Shown: positions 8,954 through 17,843 of the stretch, piece by piece
Numbering within the stretch: the stretch's first letter is position 1
Layout of the letters: each line of letters begins with the position of its first letter
NCBI GenBank assembly: GCA_040880235.1
Contig: JBBDIX010000073.1
Location: 7,392-71,391, forward strand
Length of the DNA: 64,000 nt
Origin: Nitriliruptoraceae bacterium
GTDB taxonomy: Bacteria > Actinomycetota > Nitriliruptoria > Nitriliruptorales > Nitriliruptoraceae
Reading direction: 5' to 3'
Position numbers and translations under genes: made by a program
The notes under the pieces: model-generated
Told to the model about the DNA's origin: nothing
Databases searched by the model: none
What the model saw: the letters and a program-made list of their open reading frames with translations, nothing else

Positions 8954-11900
8954 GTGACGGACGGCGGGTCGACCCGCGCCCGATGGGCCACCGACCTGCG
9001 CGCCGTCCTCACCGTCCATCGCCGCAACGTCCACCGTGTCCTCATCCTCGCGGCGATCCTGATCGTCGCGCTGGTGGCCGGCATGCTGCTGACGCTGGTG
9101 CTGGCCCGACCGTCCCTGCAGTCGCTCACCGACACCGCCGCCGAGGGCACACGCCTGGCGACCTGGCAGCTGCTGCTCGCCTCGAGCTGGGCGCTGGTCC
9201 CGGTGGCCCTCATGTTCGGCGCCGGTGTCGCCTACATCGGCATGATCCTGCGCTACGCCGACGGTGCCCACACGGGCCGGGCCGTGCTCGACGGGCACGC
9301 CTGGCGCACGACCCTGCGCCGTCTGCCACAGGCCGCGGGGGTCGTGCTCGCGGTCGGCACGTGCGCGGTGGTCACCGCCGGTCTGGCACCGATCATCTCG
9401 GTCGTCGCGCTGCTCGCGCTCGCGGCCACCCCGATCGTTCGGCGCCAGTGGCCGTCGACGCGTTGGCCCTCCATGCCACGGCTCGCCTGGATGGCGGTGC
9501 CGTTCGTCGCGGCCGTGATCGTCGCGGCGCGCGGTGCGATGGCACTGCCCGAGGTGTTCCTCGCCGGGCGGGGCACGCGCGACGCCCTGCAGGCCGGCTG
9601 GCAGCGCACCCGCGGACAGATCCGTAGCGTCGCTCCGGTGCTCGTGGCCGCTGCCGTCGCGGCGATGGCGGGCATGTGGACGCTGATCGCCCTCGGCATG
9701 CCGATCGGCAGTCGCACGTTCGCCGTGGTGCTGGAGATGTCCGGCACGGTGCTGTTCGCGCCGCTGCCGATCGTCGCACTGCTGGTGATGTACCGGGCGA
9801 CGGGCGGCACGTCCGCGCCGACGGCGACGCCGCCACGGCTCGGTGAGCCCGGACCGGTCATGCCGAGCGTGCTGTCGTTCGCGCTGCTCGCGACCCTGGT
9901 CGTGCCGTCGGCATCTCCAGCGCACGCCGCGGGCACCGAAACCACGACGGTCACGGTCACCAGCCCGGCACCCGCTGCGACCTGGACGTTCGGGGATGCC
10001 GTGTCGGTCACGGGCACGGTCACCCCCGACGTGGGTGGCGCCCACCCGACGGGAACCGTGACGCTGTGGGTGGAACGCGACGTGGCGGAACTCGGCGATC
10101 CCGCCAACTGGGACGGTCCGGTCGACGTCGGCAGTGAGACCCTGGCCGCGGGGGACGAAGGCGCGTTCACGTTCGACGGCTCGACGTTGCCGGGTGGTGA
10201 CCTGCGGCTGCAGGTCCGCTATGCGCCCGACGATGACGTCCATGCGGCCAGCGAGTCCGTCGCTGTCGAGGTCACGGTCAACCGGCGCAATCTCATCACG
10301 GACATCTCCACGGATCCATCTCCCCGAGACAACCCGACGACCGACGAGATCACGGTCGGAGACACCATTGACGTCATCGTGGAGATTCCCGACGAGGGTG
10401 GGAACCCTGACGAGGGGGTGATCGACGCCGCACCGCTCGAGCAGGTCGAGTTCCTGCACGGAACCACCGATGAACTCACCGACGCGATCGGCTCCGCGAC
10501 CCTCGTCAAGGTGGGGAGCGTGTACCGGGCGACGATCGAATACCTCGTGACCGCCCGCCTCACCTACTTCGGCGCCAGGGTCCTCGACGGAGAGACGAAC
10601 TACTTCATCCCGCCGTCTCCCACCAACATCACACGGGACGAGGTCGACCCGGCGGCATCGTCGGTCGAACTGATCGCCCCGGCGGAGGTCGAGTACGGCG
10701 GCGAGGCGACCTTCCACGTGGACGTCACTGGGCCCACAGGGGTCCCGGTTGCCGGACAGGTCGTGTTCCAGGACGACTCCGGGGGAGGTGGGTTCACGGA
10801 CTTCGGCGACCCGCACACGCTCACGGACGGGGAGGTCGAGGTGACCTTCTGCGCGAGCACGGACGACGAGGTCTGTCCGCCGGGCGGGTCGCCGAGACTC
10901 GACTTCGCCGACGAGGAGGCCGAGGCCCTGCAGATCCGCGCCAGGTATGTGCCGACCGGAATCGGGGGTGGCACCAACGCGCTGCTCGAGTCGACCAGCG
11001 CGGCACACACGATCGCGATCGACGACCTGGGGCTCGGGATCTGCAAGGACATCGAGTTGTCTCCCCGAATCGTCGACGAGCACGGGCAGCCCGAAGGATT
11101 CGCCGACCCGCGGATCCTCACGGCCTCCAACTGTGAGGACGGTGGCCATCTCGGCGGCACCGCGATCGCGCTCGACGCCGCGCCTGCCAACGGATTCGAA
11201 CTGGTCGAGTGGCGCTTCGAGGGCCGCCAGGTCAGCACGGATGAACGCTTCGTGCTGCGGCTGCCCGTCGACGAGTGGGAGGACCACCGGGTCGAGGTCT
11301 ACTACCAACCCGTCTGCCATTCGATCGAGATCGACATCACGGGCTCCGGCGGGATCTGGAGGAGCCCGCACGCCGTCACGAATCCGCTGCAGTGGACGGA
11401 CGGAGACTGCGAACTCGAGGACGGCACCCGAGGTGCTCGTCACCTGAGCGAGGTCTCACTGGCGGTCAGGTCGGAGTTGAACCCGACGACCGATGAGTTC
11501 GACGTCCTGTACGACTTCGGGCCGCTGGCGATCGACCATGACCTGTCCTCCGACACCCCGTCTGCGTTGCGAGCGTCGGTCCACTCGCTCACGTTCACGG
11601 CCGACCGCGACATCGTGGTCCCGTTCGAGTTCGGTCCCGTGTGTCGCACCGTGCTCACTCCGGCCACCGAACTCGGTGGTGCCCAGCTGCTGACCGCGCC
11701 CGACTGTGCCTCGCCGGACGGCGCCGGCTACACCCGCAACGCCGCGGTCACCGCGTCCGTTCGGATCGACGACACGTCGGCGGTCCTCGCCGGATGGCTG
11801 CGCAACGGCCAGCCGCTCGCCGGGTCGGGTCCCGATCCGCAGGTGACGTTCGCCGTGGCTGCCACGCCGACGACGACCATCGAGCCCGAGTTCACCTCGT

Positions 11901-13783
11901 GCCACACGATCGAGGTCTTCGTGGACAGCATCGCCGCGCGCGGGCGTGGCGGGACGGCCGAGGTGCGCACCATCCCGGAGGCGAACTGCTTCGACGGCAG
12001 CGAACGGTGGCTGGACGGATCGACGGTGACGCTGCGGCCGCTGGGGAGCGGATCGTTTCGGTTCGGCGGCTGGAGCGACCCTGACGGCGAGGAGGGCCTG
12101 AGCGTCCGGGGCACGGTGTTCGAGGACCCCGAGGTGAGGTTCGGAGGACCCTGGCCGGGCGATCGTCGCGTCGTGATGGACGAGCCACTCGTGACCACCG
12201 CGCACTTCTACATGGAGGACGCGCCGTGCTCGACGATCCGGGTCCTCGCGCCGCCCGGAGTCGAGGCTCGATTCCCGGACTCCGGCTGTGGGCCCGGCCG
12301 CTACGAAAACGACGCGAAGCGCCGGATGTTCGGCCGCAGCGACCCCGTGACCCGGGCCGAGTACGACTCGGATGCGGGGCTGTTCAACTTCCCCGAGACG
12401 CCGTTGCTGATGGAGGTGGTCGCCGACGACCTGCTCACGTCCACGGGCTGGGTGACGATGACCCAGTCCTTCGAGCAGGGGCTTCCCTGGCGCACCCTGC
12501 CGCTCCCGTTCGACTGCGAGCCTCCGCCGGTGCAGCAGGGCGGCAATGGATCGTGGGAGAAGACGGGCGCGATCCAGTGCCTGATGTCCGTACGCGGGGA
12601 CCTCACCATCACGTTGAACCACTGTCAGGCGCTCGAACCCACCGTGAACATCACCCGGGCCGGCGACGACTCGGGCCGGGTGTTCAGCCCCCGGCAACTC
12701 GGGCTCGACGACCATCACTGGATCACCGGAACCGTGTCGCAGTCCTCCAGTTGCGCGCACCCTGACGCGCGCAACCCGTTCCTGTGGCATCCGGACCGCG
12801 AGGTGACGCTGCGAGCGCAGGCACCCGCGCTCGGGTTCGAGTTCCTGGACTGGGGCCACGTCGACTTCGACACGGGCGTGGAGCTGTTCTTCGGGGAGGA
12901 CCCTGCGGAAGGTCGTGCGCCGCTCGGCGTCAACGTGCTGACCAACAACCAGCGGCCCACGATCCGCGCCACCGTCAACTACCGGGCCCACTGCGGAACA
13001 CTGAACCTCGGCTCCAATCTCCGTGTCGAGGACTCCACGCCCAACTGCCCGGGCAACACGTTCAGCGAGCAGTCCTACCTCGTCGGCTCGTTCGTCCAGG
13101 TCGCTGCCGACCGGACCCGTGGGGGTCGGAGCTTCGATCGCTTCGAGGGGGTCGTGGCCAACACCACCGGCCTCAACGACGACAATCGCCCCAGCGCCCT
13201 CGTGCTCGTCCGGGGAGACATGAATGTCCGGGCCGTCTACCCGACGGGTGAGGACCGGTTCGTCAGCGCACTCGCCACCGTCGGCAAGCTCACGCTCGCG
13301 GTCGGGGCCCTGGCCACGCTCGCGGGGGTCGCGGTGGCCTGTCCGCCCTGTGGGGTCGCGCTGACGGCGTTGACTGCGAGCGTCTTCCTGCTCGACCTGA
13401 TCCCGGGCATGGGAGGCATGGCCACGGCTGCGCTGGACCTGATCAATCCGCTCAGCGTCCTCGAGTGCGCCGCGAGGTGGGGATTCGGGACCACCGGCAG
13501 CGGCGGGAGCTCGGACGTCAGCGGGGTGACGGCGACCGGCGCCACGACCATCCGGTCCGTGCGTTTCGCGTACGAGGCCTCGACCGAAGGGACCGGACGT
13601 GCCATCGGCACCATCACGGCCCGCGGTACGACGGCGGTCGTGGGTGCCGGCGGACAGTTCGTGCACGGGCTGTACGAGAATCGTATCGACCAGGTCGACG
13701 TCGGCTACCAGACGACCGAGCAGCTGCGCGACACCGCCACCTGGAACAGGTGCATGAACGACAAGTACCGCGCGGCCACCTGA
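8954..13783 (+). CDS. Giant (1609 aa) membrane-anchored surface protein: N-terminal polytopic membrane domain, Ig-like and InlB-B-repeat-like Cys-initiated modules, C-terminal TM hairpin and tail
   Basis: A GTG at 8954 follows GGAGG (8941-8945). Residues 1-300 contain at least 6 hydrophobic helices. A signal-like segment (MPSVLSFALLATLVVPSASPAHA/AG) follows, then a Thr-rich Ig-like region. At least 6 modules then open with C-x-[ST/A]-[ILV]-x-[IV] (VCHSIEIDI, VCRTVLTP, SCHTIEVFV, PCSTIRVLA, HCQALEPTV, HCGTLNLGS); four aromatic motifs of the kind FELVEWRFEG, FRFGGWSDPDG, FEFLDWGH and FDRFEG are also seen, which I read as module ends. The C-terminus has two TM helices with a CPPC motif. Confidence 0.85.
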   Translation: MTDGGSTRARWATDLRAVLTVHRRNVHRVLILAAILIVALVAGMLLTLVLARPSLQSLTDTAAEGTRLATWQLLLASSWALVPVALMFGAGVAYIGMILRYADGAHTGRAVLDGHAWRTTLRRLPQAAGVVLAVGTCAVVTAGLAPIISVVALLALAATPIVRRQWPSTRWPSMPRLAWMAVPFVAAVIVAARGAMALPEVFLAGRGTRDALQAGWQRTRGQIRSVAPVLVAAAVAAMAGMWTLIALGMPIGSRTFAVVLEMSGTVLFAPLPIVALLVMYRATGGTSAPTATPPRLGEPGPVMPSVLSFALLATLVVPSASPAHAAGTETTTVTVTSPAPAATWTFGDAVSVTGTVTPDVGGAHPTGTVTLWVERDVAELGDPANWDGPVDVGSETLAAGDEGAFTFDGSTLPGGDLRLQVRYAPDDDVHAASESVAVEVTVNRRNLITDISTDPSPRDNPTTDEITVGDTIDVIVEIPDEGGNPDEGVIDAAPLEQVEFLHGTTDELTDAIGSATLVKVGSVYRATIEYLVTARLTYFGARVLDGETNYFIPPSPTNITRDEVDPAASSVELIAPAEVEYGGEATFHVDVTGPTGVPVAGQVVFQDDSGGGGFTDFGDPHTLTDGEVEVTFCASTDDEVCPPGGSPRLDFADEEAEALQIRARYVPTGIGGGTNALLESTSAAHTIAIDDLGLGICKDIELSPRIVDEHGQPEGFADPRILTASNCEDGGHLGGTAIALDAAPANGFELVEWRFEGRQVSTDERFVLRLPVDEWEDHRVEVYYQPVCHSIEIDITGSGGIWRSPHAVTNPLQWTDGDCELEDGTRGARHLSEVSLAVRSELNPTTDEFDVLYDFGPLAIDHDLSSDTPSALRASVHSLTFTADRDIVVPFEFGPVCRTVLTPATELGGAQLLTAPDCASPDGAGYTRNAAVTASVRIDDTSAVLAGWLRNGQPLAGSGPDPQVTFAVAATPTTTIEPEFTSCHTIEVFVDSIAARGRGGTAEVRTIPEANCFDGSERWLDGSTVTLRPLGSGSFRFGGWSDPDGEEGLSVRGTVFEDPEVRFGGPWPGDRRVVMDEPLVTTAHFYMEDAPCSTIRVLAPPGVEARFPDSGCGPGRYENDAKRRMFGRSDPVTRAEYDSDAGLFNFPETPLLMEVVADDLLTSTGWVTMTQSFEQGLPWRTLPLPFDCEPPPVQQGGNGSWEKTGAIQCLMSVRGDLTITLNHCQALEPTVNITRAGDDSGRVFSPRQLGLDDHHWITGTVSQSSSCAHPDARNPFLWHPDREVTLRAQAPALGFEFLDWGHVDFDTGVELFFGEDPAEGRAPLGVNVLTNNQRPTIRATVNYRAHCGTLNLGSNLRVEDSTPNCPGNTFSEQSYLVGSFVQVAADRTRGGRSFDRFEGVVANTTGLNDDNRPSALVLVRGDMNVRAVYPTGEDRFVSALATVGKLTLAVGALATLAGVAVACPPCGVALTALTASVFLLDLIPGMGGMATAALDLINPLSVLECAARWGFGTTGSGGSSDVSGVTATGATTIRSVRFAYEASTEGTGRAIGTITARGTTAVVGAGGQFVHGLYENRIDQVDVGYQTTEQLRDTATWNRCMNDKYRAAT

Positions 13784-13828
13784 GTTGTCCGTCGTCCTCA
13801 TGAGGGAGGTGGCACCACCTGTCGCAGT

Positions 13829-13844
13829 CCGTTTTGTAAAACGG
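13829..13844. promoter_or_regulatory. Palindrome CCGTTTTGTAAAACGG within a locally AT-rich patch upstream of the DUF4143 ATPase gene
   Basis: The 7-bp arms CCGTTTT/AAAACGG are read directly. The patch continues as ...AAAGACATGTATATTGGTATGGTATGAC, the most AT-rich stretch I noticed in this window. I interpret it as a promoter or operator region. Confidence 0.35.
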
Positions 13845-13863
13845 CAGGGTAAAGACATGTATA

Positions 13864-15183
13864 TTGGTATGGTATGACACTGGGAAGATGGTCTTGGCGG
13901 GGGTGGCGGTGAACGATCAGGGTGATACAGGCGGCCGATACTGGCCGCGGGTGATCGACACGGTGCTCGATCAGCGGATGGCATCGTCGGCCGCGGTGCT
14001 GATCGAGGGCCCCAGGGCATGTGGCAAGACCGAGACGGCGTCGCAACGAGCGGCGTCGACGGTGCGTCTGGATGTCGACGAGGACGCCCGTCAGGCCGCG
14101 CAGATCAACCCGGGGCTGCTCCTGGAGGGTGCGCGGCCGCGGCTCATCGATGAATGGCAGCTGTACCCGCGGGTGTGGGATCACGTGCGTCGCGATGCCG
14201 ATGCCAGCGGGGAGACGGGACAGTTCCTGCTCACCGGATCGTCGAGCCCGGCCGATGATGCCCGTCGTCATTCCGGCGCGGGTCGGATCGCGACGGTTCG
14301 GATGCGCCCGATGACCCTTCACGAGGTCGGTGCATCATCCGACGAGGTGTCGCTGGCAGACCTGTTCGCTGGACGTGATCCAGTAGCCGCATCCGGCCGC
14401 GACGATCTGCGTGAGGTTCTCGACCTGCTCGTCACCGGCGGGTGGCCGCAGCAACTGCGAGTCGCTGATCTGCGGTTCGTCGTCGACTACCTCGACCAGA
14501 TCGTCCACGTCGACATCAACACGGTTGCTGACGCCGCCGGCCGGCAGGTCACACGCCGGCGCGACCCGAAGAAGGTCCTGAGCTGCATCCGGTCGCTGGC
14601 CCGCAATGTCGCGACTGCGGCGAGTGGACGGTCCATCGCTGCAGACACGGGCCTGTCGCGGGAGGCCGTGACCGACTACCTCGAGGCGCTTGAACGACTC
14701 ATGATCCTCGAGGAGCAGCCGGCCTTCAACGTCCACCTGCGCTCGTCGCGGAACCTGCGCACGACCGCGCACCGGCACCTGGTGGACCCGTCGTTGGCCA
14801 CCGCGGCGCTGCAGGTCGATGCCGACGGGCTGTTCCGCGACCTCAGCTACACCGGGCTGCTGTTCGAGTCGCTGGTCGTGCGTGATCTGCGCGTACTGTC
14901 GCAGCCGCTCGACGCGTCGCTGATGTACTTCCACACCGACCACCACGAGATCGACGTCGTCATCCAACGGCCCGACGGCGGGTGGGGCGCGATCGAGGTC
15001 AAACTCGGAGGTGAGGAGCTGATCGAGCAGGGCGCCGCCTCACTGCTCGCCGCCGTGTCGTCGATCGACCTCGAACGTGCCGGTAGGCCCGCCTTCATGG
15101 CCGTCGTCACCGCAACCGGTCGCTACGCCTACCGGCGCAACGACGGCATCTGTGTCGTGCCGCTGCCAACCCTTGCACCCTGA
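13864..15183 (+). CDS. AAA+ ATPase with C-terminal DUF4143 domain (AAA_14/DUF4143 family)
   Basis: Diagnostic motifs are YWPRVIDTVLDQRMASSAAVLIEGPRACGKT (Walker A), RLIDEWQ, FLLTGSSSP and the C-terminal HHEIDVVI. The start is uncertain: the track start at 13864 is TTG, and ATG 13888 or GTG 13909 fit the family N-terminus better. Confidence 0.85.
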   Translation: MVWYDTGKMVLAGVAVNDQGDTGGRYWPRVIDTVLDQRMASSAAVLIEGPRACGKTETASQRAASTVRLDVDEDARQAAQINPGLLLEGARPRLIDEWQLYPRVWDHVRRDADASGETGQFLLTGSSSPADDARRHSGAGRIATVRMRPMTLHEVGASSDEVSLADLFAGRDPVAASGRDDLREVLDLLVTGGWPQQLRVADLRFVVDYLDQIVHVDINTVADAAGRQVTRRRDPKKVLSCIRSLARNVATAASGRSIAADTGLSREAVTDYLEALERLMILEEQPAFNVHLRSSRNLRTTAHRHLVDPSLATAALQVDADGLFRDLSYTGLLFESLVVRDLRVLSQPLDASLMYFHTDHHEIDVVIQRPDGGWGAIEVKLGGEELIEQGAASLLAAVSSIDLERAGRPAFMAVVTATGRYAYRRNDGICVVPLPTLAP

Positions 15184-15207
15184 CAGGTCACGGTCAGACT
15201 CCCGGAT

Positions 15208-17298
15208 TCAGTTGCGGGTGAGGTCGACGCGCCGGAGCAGCTGGGCGTTGAGCGCCACGATGATCGTCGACGTGCTCATCAGTACCGCGCCGAGCGCCAT
15301 CGGCAGGATGAACCCCACGGGTGCGAGCACACCGGCTGCGAGCGGGATCGCCGCGAGGTTGTATCCGGCGGCCCACCACAGGTTCTGGATCATCTTGCGG
15401 TGGCTCGCGGCCGACAGGCGACGTACGGACACCACGCCGCGTGGGTCGTCGGAGGCGAGCACGATCCCCGCAGACTCGATCGCGACGTCGGTGCCGGCAC
15501 CGATGGCGATGCCGACGTCGGCTCGCGCCAGCGCAGGTGCGTCGTTGACGCCGTCACCGACCATGGCGACCTTCAGCCCGCGAGCCTGCAGTTCGGCGAC
15601 CTTGGCGTCCTTGTCCTCGGGCAGGACCTCGGCGAACACCTCGTCGATGCCCAGCCGTGCCCCGACGGCGTCGGCGACCTGCTGGGCGTCCCCGGTGATC
15701 ATCACCACCTGCACACCGTCTGCATGGAGCTGGTCGACGGCCTCGCGGGAGACGTCGCGGATCTCGTCCTCGAGCGCGAACGCCCCGACGACGTGACCGT
15801 CTCGGATGACGTGCAGGACTGCAGCGCCACGTTCGACCCACTCGCGGGTGTGTGCGGCCAGTTCGTCGGGCTCGTCGAGGCCTCGCTCGCGCAGCAGGGC
15901 GGGTCCGCCGATGGCGACCGTGGTGCCGTCCACCTCGGCCTCGACGCCCCGGCCGGCCATCGACCGAAACCCCGTGGCGGCCGGTAGCGCGCTGAGCTGC
16001 GCGTTCGCGTGCGCATGGATCGCCCGTGCCAGGGGATGCTCGGAGTCGGCCTCGACCGCTCCGGCGAGCCCCAGCACCTCGTCGACGTCGTGTCCGTCGG
16101 CGACTGCCATGTCTGCGACCACGTGCTCGCCGCGGGTGAGGGTTCCCGTCTTGTCGAAGAGCACGGCGTCGACGGTGCGGATCTGCTCGAGCGCGAGCCG
16201 GTCCTTGATCAGCACCCCGGCGCGGGCCGCCTTCGAGGTGGAGATCGCCGTCACGAGCGGGATGGCCAGGCCAAGTGCGTGGGGGCAGGCGATGATGAGC
16301 ACGGTGACGGTTCGATCGAGCGCCAGTTCGGGCTGTCCGAGCAGGGTCCAGACGACCGCGGTGACGGCGCCCGCAGCGAGTGCGACGTAGAACAGCAGTG
16401 CCGCCGCGCGATCCGCGAGCACCTGGGTGTTGGACCTGGACGACTGGGCCTCCTCGACCATGCGCTGAATGCCGGCGAGGGTGGTCGCGTCGCCGGTGGC
16501 GGTGACGCGGACACGCAGGCTCGCATCCGCAACGACCGTTGCGGCCACGACCCGATCGCCCACGGTGCGCGCGACGGGAGTCGACTCTCCCGTGATCATC
16601 GACTCGTCGACGTCGGCGTCTCCCTCGACGATCTCACCGTCCGCGGGGATGCGTGCGCCCGGCCGGACCAGCACGACGTCGTCCTCGGCGAGGTCGGCGA
16701 TCGCCACGGACTCGATCGTGCCGTCGGCGGCGACGCGCTCGGCTTCGTCGGGCAGCAGCTCGGCCAGTGCCTGCAGCGCACCGCGGGCCCGGCCGATCGC
16801 GCGCATCTCGACCCAGTGGCCGAGCAGCATGATCGCGATCAGCAGCGTCAGCTCCCACCACACCTCCTGATCGAACAGCCCCAGCGCGGTGGCCATGGAT
16901 GCCAGGTAGGCGACGGTGATCGCCAGGGCGATCAGCAGCATCATGCCGGGACGCCGTGCTCGCGCCTCCTGGACGCCGCCGGTCAGGAACGGCCAGCCTC
17001 CGTAGACGTAGATGATCGAGCCCAGCACCGGTCCGACGAGGGCAGCCCCGGGGAACGTGGGGGCCGTGTAGCCGAGGAGTTGCTGCACGTGGTCCGCGAA
17101 GATGACGACCGGGATGGACAGCGCCGCAGTGGCCCAGAACCGGTCGCGGAACATCGCCGCATGATCGCCGTGCCCGGCCTCGTGACCGCCTCCGCCATGG
17201 CTCTCGTGGGGGTCGTGGTCGTCTCCGTGCGGGCCACTCCGGTCATGGTCTCCATGACCGGAGTGGTGGGTGGCGGTGTCGTCCTCGCTCCGTTGCAT
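15208..17298 (-). CDS. copB: Heavy-metal (copper) translocating P-type ATPase, CopB-like P1B-3 subtype
   Basis: The His-rich N-terminus reads [36 protein letters not shown]. The TM6 motif is [13 protein letters not shown] (CPH), with DKTGTLT and [10 protein letters not shown] also present. Confidence 0.9.
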   Translation of the reverse strand: MQRSEDDTATHHSGHGDHDRSGPHGDDHDPHESHGGGGHEAGHGDHAAMFRDRFWATAALSIPVVIFADHVQQLLGYTAPTFPGAALVGPVLGSIIYVYGGWPFLTGGVQEARARRPGMMLLIALAITVAYLASMATALGLFDQEVWWELTLLIAIMLLGHWVEMRAIGRARGALQALAELLPDEAERVAADGTIESVAIADLAEDDVVLVRPGARIPADGEIVEGDADVDESMITGESTPVARTVGDRVVAATVVADASLRVRVTATGDATTLAGIQRMVEEAQSSRSNTQVLADRAAALLFYVALAAGAVTAVVWTLLGQPELALDRTVTVLIIACPHALGLAIPLVTAISTSKAARAGVLIKDRLALEQIRTVDAVLFDKTGTLTRGEHVVADMAVADGHDVDEVLGLAGAVEADSEHPLARAIHAHANAQLSALPAATGFRSMAGRGVEAEVDGTTVAIGGPALLRERGLDEPDELAAHTREWVERGAAVLHVIRDGHVVGAFALEDEIRDVSREAVDQLHADGVQVVMITGDAQQVADAVGARLGIDEVFAEVLPEDKDAKVAELQARGLKVAMVGDGVNDAPALARADVGIAIGAGTDVAIESAGIVLASDDPRGVVSVRRLSAASHRKMIQNLWWAAGYNLAAIPLAAGVLAPVGFILPMALGAVLMSTSTIIVALNAQLLRRVDLTRN

Positions 17299-17300
17299 GC

Positions 17301-17317
17301 ATACCCCTCTAGGGTAT
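17301..17317. promoter_or_regulatory. CsoR-type operator-like palindrome ATACCC-CTCTA-GGGTAT abutting the copB start
   Basis: A perfect 6-bp inverted repeat is read directly, 2 nt from the copB ATG, and it encloses the GAGGGG Shine-Dalgarno on the minus strand. It resembles the TACCC...GGGTA operators recalled for CsoR-family copper repressors. Confidence 0.4.
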
Positions 17318-17588
17318 TAGTCACGAACATACCGCGTCCCAGGGGGCGGTTGTCAAGGGTCACGTCAGCGCGTGCTGCCAGGTACCGGTTACATCCGGAG
17401 GTTTCGGCGGTATCACCAGGTGAACATGAGCAGGAACACACCGGGGGACACGGTGACATCGAACACAGCTGCTCTCGGGGACGTGTCTTCGTGCCAGGTC
17501 GAAGGACTCTGTCGTCGCCCGGCGGGGCCCGGTACCAGATCCATGACCGGTGAGGACCGGGCGCACCGAGCACGAGGAGGGCGGGCAG

Positions 17589-17843
17589 ATGCGTGAGGGG
17601 CGAGGTGCCACCGTCCTGGCACTGGTCTCCGTCGCCCTGACGGGATGTGCGGATCCCGCGACGATAGAGGGCGGTTCGGGCATCCCCAACCCGGCGTCCG
17701 AGCACTGTGTCGACGAGGGTGGCCGGCTCGACATTCGGGAGGACGCAGGGGGTGGCGAGTACGGCGTCTGCATGTTCGACGATGGAAGCGAGTGTGAGGA
17801 ATGGGCGTTCCATCGCGGTGAGTGCAGGCCCGGAAGCGGCTGA
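17589..17843 (+). CDS. DUF333 domain lipoprotein (putative hemolysin family, COG3042-like)
   Basis: The protein starts MREGRGATVLALVSVALTGC (lipobox LTGC), followed by NPASEHCVDEGG...GVCMFDDGSECEEWAFHRGEC. The ATG at 17589 follows GAGGAGG. Confidence 0.75.
   Translation: MREGRGATVLALVSVALTGCADPATIEGGSGIPNPASEHCVDEGGRLDIREDAGGGEYGVCMFDDGSECEEWAFHRGECRPGSG

Noticed and set aside
13807-13820. AGGTGG-CA-CCACCT after the giant gene, as a rho-independent terminator.
   Set aside because: A 2-nt loop is too small for a stable RNA hairpin and there is no U-tract. It is more likely a DNA-level palindrome and is mentioned under the AT-rich patch finding.
17372-17622. ORFs 17372..17596 (+) and 17413..17622 (-) in the copB/DUF333 intergenic region.
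   Set aside because: Neither has a convincing RBS, the composition is not protein-like, the two overlap each other, and neither resembles CsoR or CopZ. The region is treated as non-coding leader/promoter.
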